A stretch of 64,000 nucleotides of DNA from an uncultured Desulfocapsaceae bacterium (lineage in GTDB: Bacteria; Desulfobacterota; Desulfobulbia; Desulfobulbales; Desulfocapsaceae): assembly GCA_964623625.1 (NCBI GenBank), contig CAZUUJ010000014.1, positions 110-64,109 of the forward strand, given 5' to 3'. The translations under genes and the position numbers were made by a program. Below are positions 16,737 through 26,886 of this stretch, one piece after another (the stretch's first letter is position 1; every line of letters starts with the position of its first letter). The notes under the pieces are model-generated. The model was not told the DNA's origin and did not search any database. It saw nothing but the letters and a program-made list of their open reading frames with translations.

Positions 16737-19157
16737 TTACTCATCTTTCTTTTCCGATTTGTCTTTTTCCTTCTGGCCAAATTTCCGGATATCGGTGGCA
16801 AAACGATGAAGGGTTGACTCCACCAAACCGTTGATCGACCCCCCCGGATAGTTACCGCTGTCATCGGGGCTGCCCGCTTCAATTCCGGTCAGTAATTCAA
16901 TGGCCTCATCGACTGTCGAAACCGCGTAAACACTAAAGTTTCCTTCTTTGATAGCGGCAACCACATCCTGTCTGAGCATCAGATGACGGATGTTGGCCTT
17001 TGGAATAATTACTGCTTCCTCTCCGCTGTACTTGCGCTTTCTGCAGATATCGAAAAAACCCTCGATTTTCTCATTGACTCCGCCGATTGCCTGCACTTCT
17101 CCCTTCTGACTGATCGATCCGGTTATCCCCATACATTGCTTAATTGGGACATCGGCCAGTGACGATAGCAGAGTGCACAACTCGGCGCATGAAGCACTGT
17201 CACCGTCCACCCCACCGTAGGATTGCTCAAAAACAAGGCTGGCCTTGAGACCAAGGGGAATCTGTCTGGCGTAGCGTGAACTTAAAAAAGAACTGAGGAT
17301 CATCACTCCCTTGGAATGAATGGGCCCACCCAGATCAACCTCACGCTCGATATCAACAATCTCGCCTTTGCCGGGGCGAGTGAGTGCGGTAATCCGGGTC
17401 GGCATACCGAACATGTCATCACCCAGTGAAATAATGGACAGACCGTTAATCTGCCCCACCTTTTCACCGGCTGTTTCTATGTTCTTTATCCCCTTTTCAA
17501 TGGCCTCAAAAACCCGGTCCCTGATCCTGCCTCCTCTGCGCTTTCTGGCATTGATAGCCTCTTCGACCTCAGTTACTTCGATGTGGTTCTTGCCTTTTTT
17601 TTGTGCCAGATAATCGGCTTCGTGAACAAGATCGGAGAATTTTTCAATATGCAATGACAGTTTGTCTGAATCGCCCGCTTCTCTTGACCCCTGTTCGATC
17701 ACTCTGGCAACGGCTGCTTTATGCAGTGGCAGCAGCTTCTTGTCTCTTGCAAGGTTAGCAAGCAGTTCGCCAAACAATCGCTGGCTGTCGGCGCTGCGGT
17801 CCATAGTCTGTTCAAAGTCCGCCTGAACCTTGAACAGCGAACTGAACTCGGGATCATAATAGTTCAGCAGATAATAGATATACGGTTCACCGACCAGCAC
17901 CACTTTGACATCTAGCGGGATCGGTTCCGGCTCCAGTGAAGCGGTGCTCATCAAGCCAAGCAGTCGTTCAATGGGTTCAATGCGAATTATCTGGGATCTC
18001 AGCGTCCGCTTAAGCCCTTCGTAGGCGTATGGCTGCATCAGCAATCTTCTGGCATCGATAATGATATAGCCGCCATTGGCCCGGTGCAGCGAACCAGGTT
18101 TTATCAGGGTGAAATGGGTGGAAAGCACCCCCATCTTCACCTTATGTTCGATCCGGCCATGCAGGTTCTGAAAGGTGGGCATATCTTCATAGATCACCGG
18201 TGCTCCATTTTTTTCGTCGCTGACCAGCACATTCACCTCATATTGATCAAAGGTCGGCGCCTGTCTGGAAACAAGCGACATTATCGATTCTTTCTCACCT
18301 GGGGACTGATGAATGAAATCATCTACCCGCTCGGTAATCTCCTCTTCGACTTCTGACAGATATTCAGTTATATGGTGCTGACCGGCGTATTTTGATCGCA
18401 GGGTATTAATCATATAGGAAACGGAGAGTGTGGCTGTTTCTTTTTTAAGCTTTCTATGCAGTTTCTCCGCATCCCGTTTAATGATACTGATCTTGTTGAT
18501 GGCATCCTGAAGTTGGCGCTGATACTTCTCGATCAGCTTTTCAATCTTTTTACGCCGTTCTTCGGGCAGCTTTAAAAAGGCGTCGGTATCAAGGGGTTTG
18601 CCGTCATCGCCCATAGTGGTGAACAAAATACCCTGCTCGCTCTTGACCACCGCGATATTCTCGCTCTTGGCTTCCTTTTCAACTTCATTGTAGAGCTTAT
18701 CGATTTTCTGGTTGGTAACGTTATTAATGGCGTTTGATCTGGCCCGATAATCCTCTCCTTCAAAAACTGCCGGGATGGTTGTTTTCAGCATGTCGATCAG
18801 ATCATGCATCTCCTTTTTAAATATCGTGCTCTCACTGGATGGGAAACGAAGGGCATACGGCTTGTGGGTGTCCCTGAAATTCTGCACGTAACACCAATCA
18901 AAAGACTCGGGATCTTCCTTGGCCTTTTTATCTATAAAGGCCTGAATGACACTGTGTCGCCCCGTTCCCTGTGGTCCAACAACAAAAAGGTTAAAACCCC
19001 GGTGGCCGATACCGATACCAAAATCGACAGCCTCAAGCGCCCGTTCCTGACCGAGGAACATGGTTATGTCTTCGATTTCATCGGTAGAAGTGAAACCTAA
19101 GCTATCCGGGTCGCACTTGCGATAGGCTTCCTGGGGTGTAATTGTGTGGATGCTCAT
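16737..19157 (-). CDS. Lon-like (LonC-type) protease with a degenerate AAA-like domain
   Basis: C-terminal S16 protease motifs (DGDSAS; IGGVNEKIEGF). The N-terminal P-loop-like sequence GPQGTGRHS lacks the Walker A Lys. The ATG at 19157 has an AAGGA Shine-Dalgarno, so it is preferred over the TTG at 19187. Confidence 0.8.
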   Translation of the reverse strand: MSIHTITPQEAYRKCDPDSLGFTSTDEIEDITMFLGQERALEAVDFGIGIGHRGFNLFVVGPQGTGRHSVIQAFIDKKAKEDPESFDWCYVQNFRDTHKPYALRFPSSESTIFKKEMHDLIDMLKTTIPAVFEGEDYRARSNAINNVTNQKIDKLYNEVEKEAKSENIAVVKSEQGILFTTMGDDGKPLDTDAFLKLPEERRKKIEKLIEKYQRQLQDAINKISIIKRDAEKLHRKLKKETATLSVSYMINTLRSKYAGQHHITEYLSEVEEEITERVDDFIHQSPGEKESIMSLVSRQAPTFDQYEVNVLVSDEKNGAPVIYEDMPTFQNLHGRIEHKVKMGVLSTHFTLIKPGSLHRANGGYIIIDARRLLMQPYAYEGLKRTLRSQIIRIEPIERLLGLMSTASLEPEPIPLDVKVVLVGEPYIYYLLNYYDPEFSSLFKVQADFEQTMDRSADSQRLFGELLANLARDKKLLPLHKAAVARVIEQGSREAGDSDKLSLHIEKFSDLVHEADYLAQKKGKNHIEVTEVEEAINARKRRGGRIRDRVFEAIEKGIKNIETAGEKVGQINGLSIISLGDDMFGMPTRITALTRPGKGEIVDIEREVDLGGPIHSKGVMILSSFLSSRYARQIPLGLKASLVFEQSYGGVDGDSASCAELCTLLSSLADVPIKQCMGITGSISQKGEVQAIGGVNEKIEGFFDICRKRKYSGEEAVIIPKANIRHLMLRQDVVAAIKEGNFSVYAVSTVDEAIELLTGIEAGSPDDSGNYPGGSINGLVESTLHRFATDIRKFGQKEKDKSEKKDE

Positions 19158-19741
19158 TTTTTTCCTTAATCCCTGATTCCGTACCAAGGGCAGTCTTTAT
19201 ATAATTTGCTGATATAACGGAATGTATCAGTTTTCAGGTACCCTATCGTTACTACTTTATTATACCTCCTTTTATGCGGTCTTATCCAGCAAATAAACGG
19301 GAGCGGAAAGCCAGAGGCTCCCAAGACGGTCAGCGGAAAACAACTGTTGCTAAAAATGATTGGTATGGGATATTGGTGAAACGTTTTCTGATTACCGCTA
19401 AAGTTCAGCAAAAAAGGAATAACTTTCTGATTTCACCTTAAGATTCATGTGCTTACTGATAAACGTCCTCGCTCATTCTTCACTTGCGGGATCGGAGTCT
19501 ACGCTTACCTGTTTATCAGCCAGCGCCTGAATCCTTGGCCACAGCACAAAGTAATCTGGCAATAGTTCATCTTAATGTTGAGTTATGGTGGTAATCAGCA
19601 TCCCATCCGGCGCGCCCGGTTAGGAATTAAAACTAACATTTACATGAAAACCAATATCTTGAGTTTTGTTGGTTAGAAGAATACCTATTCTCTGGACGAC
19701 CAATCTTGTAAACGTATCAATCCGCTGGATAACCAAAGCCG

Positions 19742-20449
19742 ATGTTTCCACTACGCGACGAAAACCCTTCATCGACTTTTCCTGTCGTAACCATAACCAT
19801 TATTGTGCTTTGCGCTGTTGCCTGGATTTTAGTCCAGGGAATGGGTGAGACTCGCGCCTTTGCTGGATCTCTCTGCCATTTCGCGCTGATCCCCGGCAAG
19901 GTGTTTGGTCTGTTGCCTGCCGGTATCCATATCCCAATGAGTGAAACATTGACCTGCGTTGTTCAGAGTCAGGGCGGCATCTACACCATCATCACCCATA
20001 TGTTTCTCCATGGCGGCTGGTTTCACCTGATCGGCAACCTGTGGTTTCTCTGGGTATTTGGCGATAACATTGAGGATTCCATGGGCCACATCCCCTTTCT
20101 TGTCTTCTATCTGATCTGCGGTATCGCCGCGGCCGCCGCCCAGGTAATTACCAATCCAGCCAGCGCGGTGCCGATGGTCGGCGCCTCCGGCGCCATCGGC
20201 GGCGTGATGGGTGCCTATGCCCGCCTCTATCCAAAAGCAAAAGTCTACACCCTGATTTTTCTCGGTTTCTTTATCACAATGGCCTCCATTCCAGCCGTCT
20301 TTATGCTTGGCTACTGGTTTATCATCCAGCTGATAGGCGGGTTGCCTGCCCTTCAATCATCAGGAGGAGGTGTTGCCTTCTGGGCCCACATCGGAGGTTT
20401 TCTGACCGGTCTGCTGGTTGTCCCCCTTTTCCGCCGCCGCTCTGTCTGA
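19742..20449 (+). CDS. Rhomboid-family intramembrane serine protease
   Basis: GASGAIGG (catalytic Ser) and HIGGFLTG (His), in a 6-TM layout. Confidence 0.85.
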   Translation: MFPLRDENPSSTFPVVTITIIVLCAVAWILVQGMGETRAFAGSLCHFALIPGKVFGLLPAGIHIPMSETLTCVVQSQGGIYTIITHMFLHGGWFHLIGNLWFLWVFGDNIEDSMGHIPFLVFYLICGIAAAAAQVITNPASAVPMVGASGAIGGVMGAYARLYPKAKVYTLIFLGFFITMASIPAVFMLGYWFIIQLIGGLPALQSSGGGVAFWAHIGGFLTGLLVVPLFRRRSV

Positions 20450-20492
20450 CCTGAATCCGTGACGGAGCTTGAGACATGCTTAGCGTTTAGGA
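20450..20492 (+). repeat. Miniature or internally deleted family-1 MITE remnant
   Basis: Starts with an exact CCTGAATCCGTGAC and ends with a degenerate ..GCTTAGCGTTTAGG. Fills the gap between two convergent genes. Confidence 0.35.
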
Positions 20493-23195
20493 TCAATTGG
20501 TAGATGGTCGCAGGGAAGCCAGAATCTGCCCGAGAATAAGCGGTAGAAAAGACATACCCAGGACAAGTGCCATTCCCACCATTCCCGGATGTTCGACTTT
20601 CAGGACCGTCGACAGCAGCGGCACATGGATGGTAAGCATAAGCAGACACGTGCATAACGCCAGAGCTCCCCAGATAAACGGATTTTTAACCATCGCATTT
20701 TTTGTAAAACTGCTCCCCCTCTCCCTCATGTTAAACACGTGCCAGAGTTGAGCAAAGGCCAAGGTCAGAAAAGAGATGGTTATCGCTTCTTTTTCTGTCA
20801 TATTGAGAACCTCCAAGGCAATGAAGAATGCCCCAAGTACGGCAATGGTAATCATCAACCCGTAACCGCTGACTTCAATCCAATGTTTTGGGGTCATAAT
20901 CGGTTCATTTTTCGACCGGGGAGGGTTCTCCATGATCCTGGGATTTCCCTCGCCTGCTGCCAGGGCCAGCGCCGGAAAAACATCGGTGACAATGTTTAAA
21001 AAGAGAATCTGCAGGGGAAGCAGAGGAAGGGGCAGGCCTAAGAAGGCGGCAAAGGAGACCGTCATGATTTCACTTAAATTACAGGAGAGCAGATATCGGA
21101 CAAAAGCCCTGATATTCTTGAATATAATCCTTCCCTGTCTCACCGCGTGCACGATGGAGGAGAAGCTGTCGTCTTTTAGGATCATCTCGGCCGCCTCGCG
21201 AGCAACCTGAGTACCCCGCTTACCCATGGCAATACCGATATCCGCTTTTTTCAGGGCCGGGGCATCGTTGACACCATCACCGGTCATGGCTACGATGGCG
21301 CCGCGCTCTCTGTGCAGTTCTATCAGGTCGAGCTTCTGGGCCGGACTGACCCGGGCAAAAAGCGATGCCGCAGCCAGCTTCTTTTTCTCTTCTTCGGTGT
21401 GCAATTCCATCTTTTTAAGATCGCTGCCATGAACAACCATGGCGTCTTCCTCATCGACCAGACCGACGGCACGACCAATGGCTCTTGCCGAAACCGGCTG
21501 ATCTCCGGTAGCCATGATCACTCTGATACCGGCATCCTTACACTGTTTCAGAACCTCTTTCACATCTTCTCTTGGAGGATCCATCAGGCCGACCAGACCG
21601 ACCAGCTTCAGATCCGAATACGGTTCCTCATCCAATGAGGTCACCTCTTTCTCAGCAAAGGCTAAAACCCGCAATCCCCGCGCGGCCATCTCCTCGTTAT
21701 CTGTTGTCCATTTTTGTCGATCCTTATCGGACATCTTCTGCCAGTCCCCATCCGCAAACATACCGAGGCAACTCTCCAGCACTCCTTCAGGGGCCCCTTT
21801 AACTGCAACACGGTATCCTGAATCGATTCGATGATAGGTCGCCATCATTTTGATTTCCGAATCAAAGGCAACCTCTTTCTCCTCCGGAAAGCTGGAAGAA
21901 ATTCCTTTTCGGATGACACCGGCAGCAGCACCCATAGAAAGCAAGGCAATTTCCAATGGATCGCCGACCGACCTCTTATGCGCTCCACCCGATCCCTCAC
22001 CCAGTTCGGCATTGTTACACAAGACACTCAGTTCAATTGCCTTCTGTAAAACCTTTGATTGGTCAGTCGAAAGCGGTTCTCCATCTGTTGATACAAAGAC
22101 TCGACTCGACTCAGCCTGTTCGTCGATATTGACTGCTGTTTGTGCAAAACAGAATTCCACGGCTGTCAGACGGTTCTCGGTTAAGGTCCCGGTTTTATCG
22201 GTACAGATGATGCTGGTGGCTCCCAGGGTCTCGACAGCTGACAACTCCTTGATCAGAGCATTGCGCCTTGCCATTCGCCACACACCCCTGGCAAGAGCAA
22301 TGGTGGCAACAATGGGAAGCCCTTCTGGAATAGATGCCACGGCCAGGGCGATACCCGTTTCGATCATCAGCAACATATCCTTTCCGGACATAATGCCAGC
22401 CACCGAAACCATGGCGGCCAATCCCAGGCTGACCCAGATCAGCCAGTTACCCAATTGATTCAACCGCTTTTCTAAAGGCGTATCCTCTTCCAGGGTCTCC
22501 TCCACCAGAGAAGATATCTTGCCCAGTTCTGTTCCCATCCCGGTTGCAACAACCACCGCCTCTCCTGCCCCTCTGGTAAGGGCCGTACCTTTAAAGAGCA
22601 TATTGGCTCTGTCTGCAAGCAATGTTTCAGCAGGTAATTTTTCTATATCCTTGCTTACTGGAAGCGATTCACCGGTCAGTACAGATTCATTGGACTGCAA
22701 TTTTGAACCGCTGATAATCCGCAAATCGGCGGTCACAATATCTCCACCCTCCAGGATAACGATATCACCAACAACCAATGCCTTTGCCGGAATCACACTC
22801 TCTTTGCCATTACGTCGGACCCGGGAACTGACAGACCCGAGTTTTCTCAGGGCCTCAATGGAACGTGCTCCTTTGAGTTCGGTAACAAAGCCGATTACCG
22901 CATTAATAACTATAACAACTGCAATGGCAAACCCCTCTACATGATCTCCAAAAATGAATGAGACCAGGGCCGCGGTAACCAGGAAGAAAACGATGAGATT
23001 CTTAAATTGATTAATAAGAATAGTAAGAGCGCTCTTAGGCTTTACTTCTTTCAACATATTGGCGCCGTAGAGCTGACGGTTTTTACGAATCTGCAGACGA
23101 GACAAGCCCTTTTGCGGATTGACGTTGATACGTTCTGTTATTTCCGACGGCTCAAGAGACCAGGGATCTGAGGACAGCGTTGCTTTGGGTTTCAT
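20493..23195 (-). CDS. P-type cation-transporting ATPase (type II, Ca2+/Mg2+-like)
   Basis: Contains CTDKTGTLTENR, TGDQPV and TGDGVNDAPALK in a 10-TM architecture. Confidence 0.9.
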   Translation of the reverse strand: MKPKATLSSDPWSLEPSEITERINVNPQKGLSRLQIRKNRQLYGANMLKEVKPKSALTILINQFKNLIVFFLVTAALVSFIFGDHVEGFAIAVVIVINAVIGFVTELKGARSIEALRKLGSVSSRVRRNGKESVIPAKALVVGDIVILEGGDIVTADLRIISGSKLQSNESVLTGESLPVSKDIEKLPAETLLADRANMLFKGTALTRGAGEAVVVATGMGTELGKISSLVEETLEEDTPLEKRLNQLGNWLIWVSLGLAAMVSVAGIMSGKDMLLMIETGIALAVASIPEGLPIVATIALARGVWRMARRNALIKELSAVETLGATSIICTDKTGTLTENRLTAVEFCFAQTAVNIDEQAESSRVFVSTDGEPLSTDQSKVLQKAIELSVLCNNAELGEGSGGAHKRSVGDPLEIALLSMGAAAGVIRKGISSSFPEEKEVAFDSEIKMMATYHRIDSGYRVAVKGAPEGVLESCLGMFADGDWQKMSDKDRQKWTTDNEEMAARGLRVLAFAEKEVTSLDEEPYSDLKLVGLVGLMDPPREDVKEVLKQCKDAGIRVIMATGDQPVSARAIGRAVGLVDEEDAMVVHGSDLKKMELHTEEEKKKLAAASLFARVSPAQKLDLIELHRERGAIVAMTGDGVNDAPALKKADIGIAMGKRGTQVAREAAEMILKDDSFSSIVHAVRQGRIIFKNIRAFVRYLLSCNLSEIMTVSFAAFLGLPLPLLPLQILFLNIVTDVFPALALAAGEGNPRIMENPPRSKNEPIMTPKHWIEVSGYGLMITIAVLGAFFIALEVLNMTEKEAITISFLTLAFAQLWHVFNMRERGSSFTKNAMVKNPFIWGALALCTCLLMLTIHVPLLSTVLKVEHPGMVGMALVLGMSFLPLILGQILASLRPSTN

Positions 23196-23201
23196 AGATT
23201 A

Positions 23202-24101
23202 TCAGTTCTCTTCCAACAGGTTTTTCAGTTGAGTTTTATTTTTTTCCATTTTTTGATATCCAAAGGAAATCAGCTCTCTGCTTCGGTCAAAATCGAGTGT
23301 TCCGCATATATTTCTAGGTATATCGATAACCAGATCCGGTGGATAAGCCGCAAGTTTCTGACGGGCAATGGAACCTTGCATGGCTTCAAACGACTGACTG
23401 GCTATATAGTACATTGACCAGTCGCCGAAATTCTTCTTCATATCCGTTCCTGGCAGATTGTCAAAAAACTGTTTGATCTTCTCTTTAAACGGGAAAAAAG
23501 GTGATTCGTCAACGACCTCTTTGGTCATAATATGCTCTTCGGCAGCAGGCTGTCCATTCAGGTTAACGGCAATAGTAACATCTGTATGGTCCTGAAAAGT
23601 TGGGGCAATGGGAACAGGGTTTAACACACCGCCATCGATAAGATTGGTCCCCAGGTAGTTGAAAGGAGTCAATAAAAAGGGCAGAGATATGGAAGCCCGA
23701 ATCGCATCAAAAAGGCTGCCCTTGGTTATCCACACCTCCCGTTCCTGGTCGATGTCGGAAGCCACTGCCGTAAAGGTGATCGGCAGAGTCTCAATCTGTC
23801 TTTCTCCAACAAGCTCCTTTAAGGCATCGATAATCTTCTCACCTTTTAAAAAACCTTCTTTTGCCAAAGTGAAATCCATAAAGGTCAGAATATCGAATTT
23901 GGAGATCGACAGCACCCATTGCTCAAAATCCGACAACTTCCCTGCTCCGTAAACACCGCCAACAAGGGCGCCAATCGAACTGCCGGAGATCGATTCGATA
24001 GAAAAGGAGTTTTCTTCGAGCCATTTGATAACCCCGATATGAGCCAGCCCACGGGCGCCGCCTGAGCCGAGAACAAGGGAAACGCTGTTTGCAGTTTTCA
24101 C
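23202..24101 (-). CDS. Patatin-like phospholipase
   Basis: GSGGARG oxyanion motif, GSSIG nucleophile elbow and DGG. Confidence 0.85.
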   Translation of the reverse strand: MKTANSVSLVLGSGGARGLAHIGVIKWLEENSFSIESISGSSIGALVGGVYGAGKLSDFEQWVLSISKFDILTFMDFTLAKEGFLKGEKIIDALKELVGERQIETLPITFTAVASDIDQEREVWITKGSLFDAIRASISLPFLLTPFNYLGTNLIDGGVLNPVPIAPTFQDHTDVTIAVNLNGQPAAEEHIMTKEVVDESPFFPFKEKIKQFFDNLPGTDMKKNFGDWSMYYIASQSFEAMQGSIARQKLAAYPPDLVIDIPRNICGTLDFDRSRELISFGYQKMEKNKTQLKNLLEEN

Positions 24102-24131
24102 GGATGTCTCATTATAGAGTGAATTTCAACT

Positions 24132-24153
24132 ATTATCACAACATTATCACAAC
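24132..24153. promoter_or_regulatory. Perfect tandem 11-mer (ATTATCACAAC x2), candidate operator
   Basis: Two exact adjacent copies, one helical turn apart, in the divergent intergenic region upstream of the radical SAM/ACP operon. Confidence 0.3.
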
Positions 24154-24335
24154 GTAACAGTAATGTACTACCGTATTCCCATCCAATCAAGCCCGAGATG
24201 AGATCAACTTAGCTGTTTAACGTTAAAGGAAAATACCCATAGACATGAAAGAAGAGATGTGTAATTATTCCATCTTTTCAGTACGATTGGCCGAATTTTA
24301 AATTCATTCAATTAGGGCTGAAAATCTATTGAATT

Positions 24336-25895
24336 ATGTCTGTCACCATGAAACGGCAACAACATCGATATTCCCTTCTCTTAATTAATCCTAAAAGAAA
24401 ACTGCGTTACCTCTGGGATTTTAAAGAGCTGTGTGAGGTCATGGGGAAAAAAACCCCGGTCCCACCTCTGTCGCTGCCCACCGTTGCCGCACTCACTCCC
24501 TCCCAATACGATATCAGGATTATCGATGAAGAGATTGAACAGATCGATTTCTCACTGAGACCCGATATCGTCGGCATCACTGCCCTTGGCAACACGGTCA
24601 AACGTGCCTATGAAATCGGTGATTTATTCAGAGAGCAGGGGGTGACCGTTGTCATGGGCGGCCCCCAGATCAGTTTTAATGTAAGCGAAAGTCTGGAGCA
24701 CGCGGACTCCATCGTCATCGGTGAGGCGGAAGGAGCCTGGCAGGACCTACTGGACGATTTTGAACAGGGTACAATCCAGCCCCGCTATAAGAGCAAAAGA
24801 CCCTGCGAATATAGAATCAGCCCCCTTCCCCGCTGGGACCTGATCCAAACCGATGCGATCATGGCCATGCCGGTCCAGGTCTCAAGGGGCTGTCCGTATA
24901 AGTGTGAATTCTGCGTCGTTCGCAATATGTTGGGCAGGCGACATCGTTATCGCAATATCGATAATGTGATCGATGAGATCAAAGCTCTACCCAAACGGCA
25001 GTTAACCTTTGCCGATGATAACCTGACCGCCGACAAAAAATACGCCCACGAGCTGATGAACAGGCTGCGCCCTTTAAAGGTTTCCTGGATGTGTCAGGCA
25101 AGCCTGGATCTGTGCGAAGACCCTGAGCTGCTGGCCAAAATGGCCCGGGCCGGCTGCACCTCCATCCTGCTCGGCATCGAATCACTGGATGATGCAGCTC
25201 TGAAAGAGGCAGGAAAACATCAGAACAACATCGAGAAATACGAAAAAGGGATACAAACCATTCACAATCATGGCATCCATGCGATCGGCTCATTTATTGT
25301 GGGCTTTGACACCGACAATCTTGATGCCTTTGACAAGATTTTTGATTTTACCCTGAAAACGGGAATTACTATGGTCACGCTCAATGTCCTGAGCGCCTAT
25401 CCCGGAACGGATCTGTATGAACGTATGAAAGCGGATGGCCGGATAAGCAATCTCGATACCGATATGCTGGGGATTTACCCGACTATGCGGTACAACCTGG
25501 TCTCCCAGAGCGATATGTTCTCGAAATTCTTTACCATATTAGAAAAGATGTATTCCTACGAGGTGACTCTGAAAAAAGCCCGCAACATTTTAGCAAACGG
25601 CAGGTTCACCCACTACAACGAAGCGGATATCGGTGCGCTCGACAAGCTGCGGTCCATGGCCTATCTGTTTCGCCAATACCTTATTACTGATAATACGGCT
25701 AAACGTGAGATGTTTCGGTTCTTATTCTCCCTCGCCCGAAAGGGCACCATTAATATGGGCAATGTGGTCGAGTATCTGCTGCTCCTGGCTTCTTTCAACG
25801 GCTACCTGGACACCACCCGTGAACATCGTGCCGAGATTCTAAGAATAATCAAAAAAAATGATCCAGGACCATTGATGGCTACAGACAAGAATTAA
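24336..25895 (+). CDS. B12-binding-domain radical SAM enzyme (1 of 3)
   Basis: N-terminal B12-binding-like domain (LLLINP...PPLSLPTVAAL...PDIVGITAL) and the cluster motif SRGCPYKCEFCVV. Confidence 0.85.
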   Translation: MSVTMKRQQHRYSLLLINPKRKLRYLWDFKELCEVMGKKTPVPPLSLPTVAALTPSQYDIRIIDEEIEQIDFSLRPDIVGITALGNTVKRAYEIGDLFREQGVTVVMGGPQISFNVSESLEHADSIVIGEAEGAWQDLLDDFEQGTIQPRYKSKRPCEYRISPLPRWDLIQTDAIMAMPVQVSRGCPYKCEFCVVRNMLGRRHRYRNIDNVIDEIKALPKRQLTFADDNLTADKKYAHELMNRLRPLKVSWMCQASLDLCEDPELLAKMARAGCTSILLGIESLDDAALKEAGKHQNNIEKYEKGIQTIHNHGIHAIGSFIVGFDTDNLDAFDKIFDFTLKTGITMVTLNVLSAYPGTDLYERMKADGRISNLDTDMLGIYPTMRYNLVSQSDMFSKFFTILEKMYSYEVTLKKARNILANGRFTHYNEADIGALDKLRSMAYLFRQYLITDNTAKREMFRFLFSLARKGTINMGNVVEYLLLLASFNGYLDTTREHRAEILRIIKKNDPGPLMATDKN

Positions 25896-26042
25896 GTCGA
25901 CAATCATTATTGATAAAAGCTATTACTCTTGATATGATGGTTTGCCTTTGCGGACAAGGGCAGTGTATTGGTTTTCAGTAAATAATACTCAGACAAATCG
26001 GCTGAGTCTCAACTATCCAATAGAGGGTGACAACTATCAGGA

Positions 26043-26351
26043 ATGAAACAGATAACCTCTGACATGGAAACGGAAATCAGAGATATGGTATTCGACTATT
26101 TCTCTGAAGAATGTGATATCGACAAGCAAGAGTTGGGTGACGACACCGACATCATTGAGGAGCTTGAGGGCGATTCATTGATGCTGCTCTCTCTTCTTGA
26201 GCTTGTCCGAAAAAAATACGACCTCACCATTGAACTGAGAACCCTGGGCCGGCACCTCATGGAAAAACCGGCCCACACCCTCGGGCAGGTCATCCTTTTA
26301 ACCAAAGCGATTATTCAACACGGTAACAATATCGTTAATGTGGAGCTTTAG
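26043..26351 (+). CDS. Acyl carrier protein (1 of 2)
   Basis: 102 aa with the phosphopantetheine attachment motif LEGDSLMLLSLLE. Confidence 0.8.
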   Translation: MKQITSDMETEIRDMVFDYFSEECDIDKQELGDDTDIIEELEGDSLMLLSLLELVRKKYDLTIELRTLGRHLMEKPAHTLGQVILLTKAIIQHGNNIVNVEL

Positions 26352-26475
26352 GATCCCACCCCAGGTTATCTCTCTCACAACTGGTTTGAAAACAACCACT
26401 GTTTTTAAACTATTGGAGTCCTTACCCATATTTACGTTTTCCTGCCCGTCCCGGTAGCCGGATATACTGCCCGCC

Positions 26476-26886
26476 GTGTTGTCAACAACCACCCACATAA
26501 CCTTTCGATCGAGACATCCCTTGATCGGTTGCGGTATTGACGCCGAAAGTATCTCAAGATTTGCTTCCTACTCCTGCGCGGTGAACCCACTGCCCATGGT
26601 CTTTTCCGAAAAGGAACTCGAACATATAAAAACCCTTGACGACCAGCCCCTTGGTTTCTGTGCCTCGTTTTGCTGTAAAGAAGCATTTTCCAAGGCTGTA
26701 GGTGTGCCAATCAATTTCACCGAATGCGAACTGTTTTACAATCCAGCCAAATCCTTTTTTCAACCGAATATCTCCTGTTCCACCGATAATCTGCCGGGGT
26801 TCAACGATTGCAGCATCCGGTTTTTTCACCCTCAAGCGGATGAGTTGGTAGCAGCCCTGTTTCTCTATGGAGCACGCGGCCAATGA
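26476..26886 (+). CDS. AcpS-type 4'-phosphopantetheinyl transferase
   Basis: Contains IGCGIDAESISRF ... FCCKEAFSKAVG. The start is uncertain (GTG 26476 or TTG 26521). Confidence 0.7.
   Translation: MLSTTTHITFRSRHPLIGCGIDAESISRFASYSCAVNPLPMVFSEKELEHIKTLDDQPLGFCASFCCKEAFSKAVGVPINFTECELFYNPAKSFFQPNISCSTDNLPGFNDCSIRFFHPQADELVAALFLYGARGQ

Noticed and set aside
21850-22458. 202-aa plus-strand ORF and several others (20353-20655, 20932-21210, 22519-22944) within the P-type ATPase gene
   Set aside because: All are antisense or out of frame relative to an intact 900-aa ATPase carrying every signature motif. Their Ser/Pro/Ala-rich translations are typical of shadow frames.
25934-25981. 15-codon Cys-rich mini-ORF (MMVCLCGQGQCIGFQ) between the first rSAM gene and the ACP gene, as a possible RiPP precursor
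   Set aside because: It has no Shine-Dalgarno. The sequence coincides with an 8-bp hairpin (TGCCTTTG-cgga-CAAGGGCA), which explains the composition. The surrounding genes are ACP/FAS-like rather than RiPP-like.
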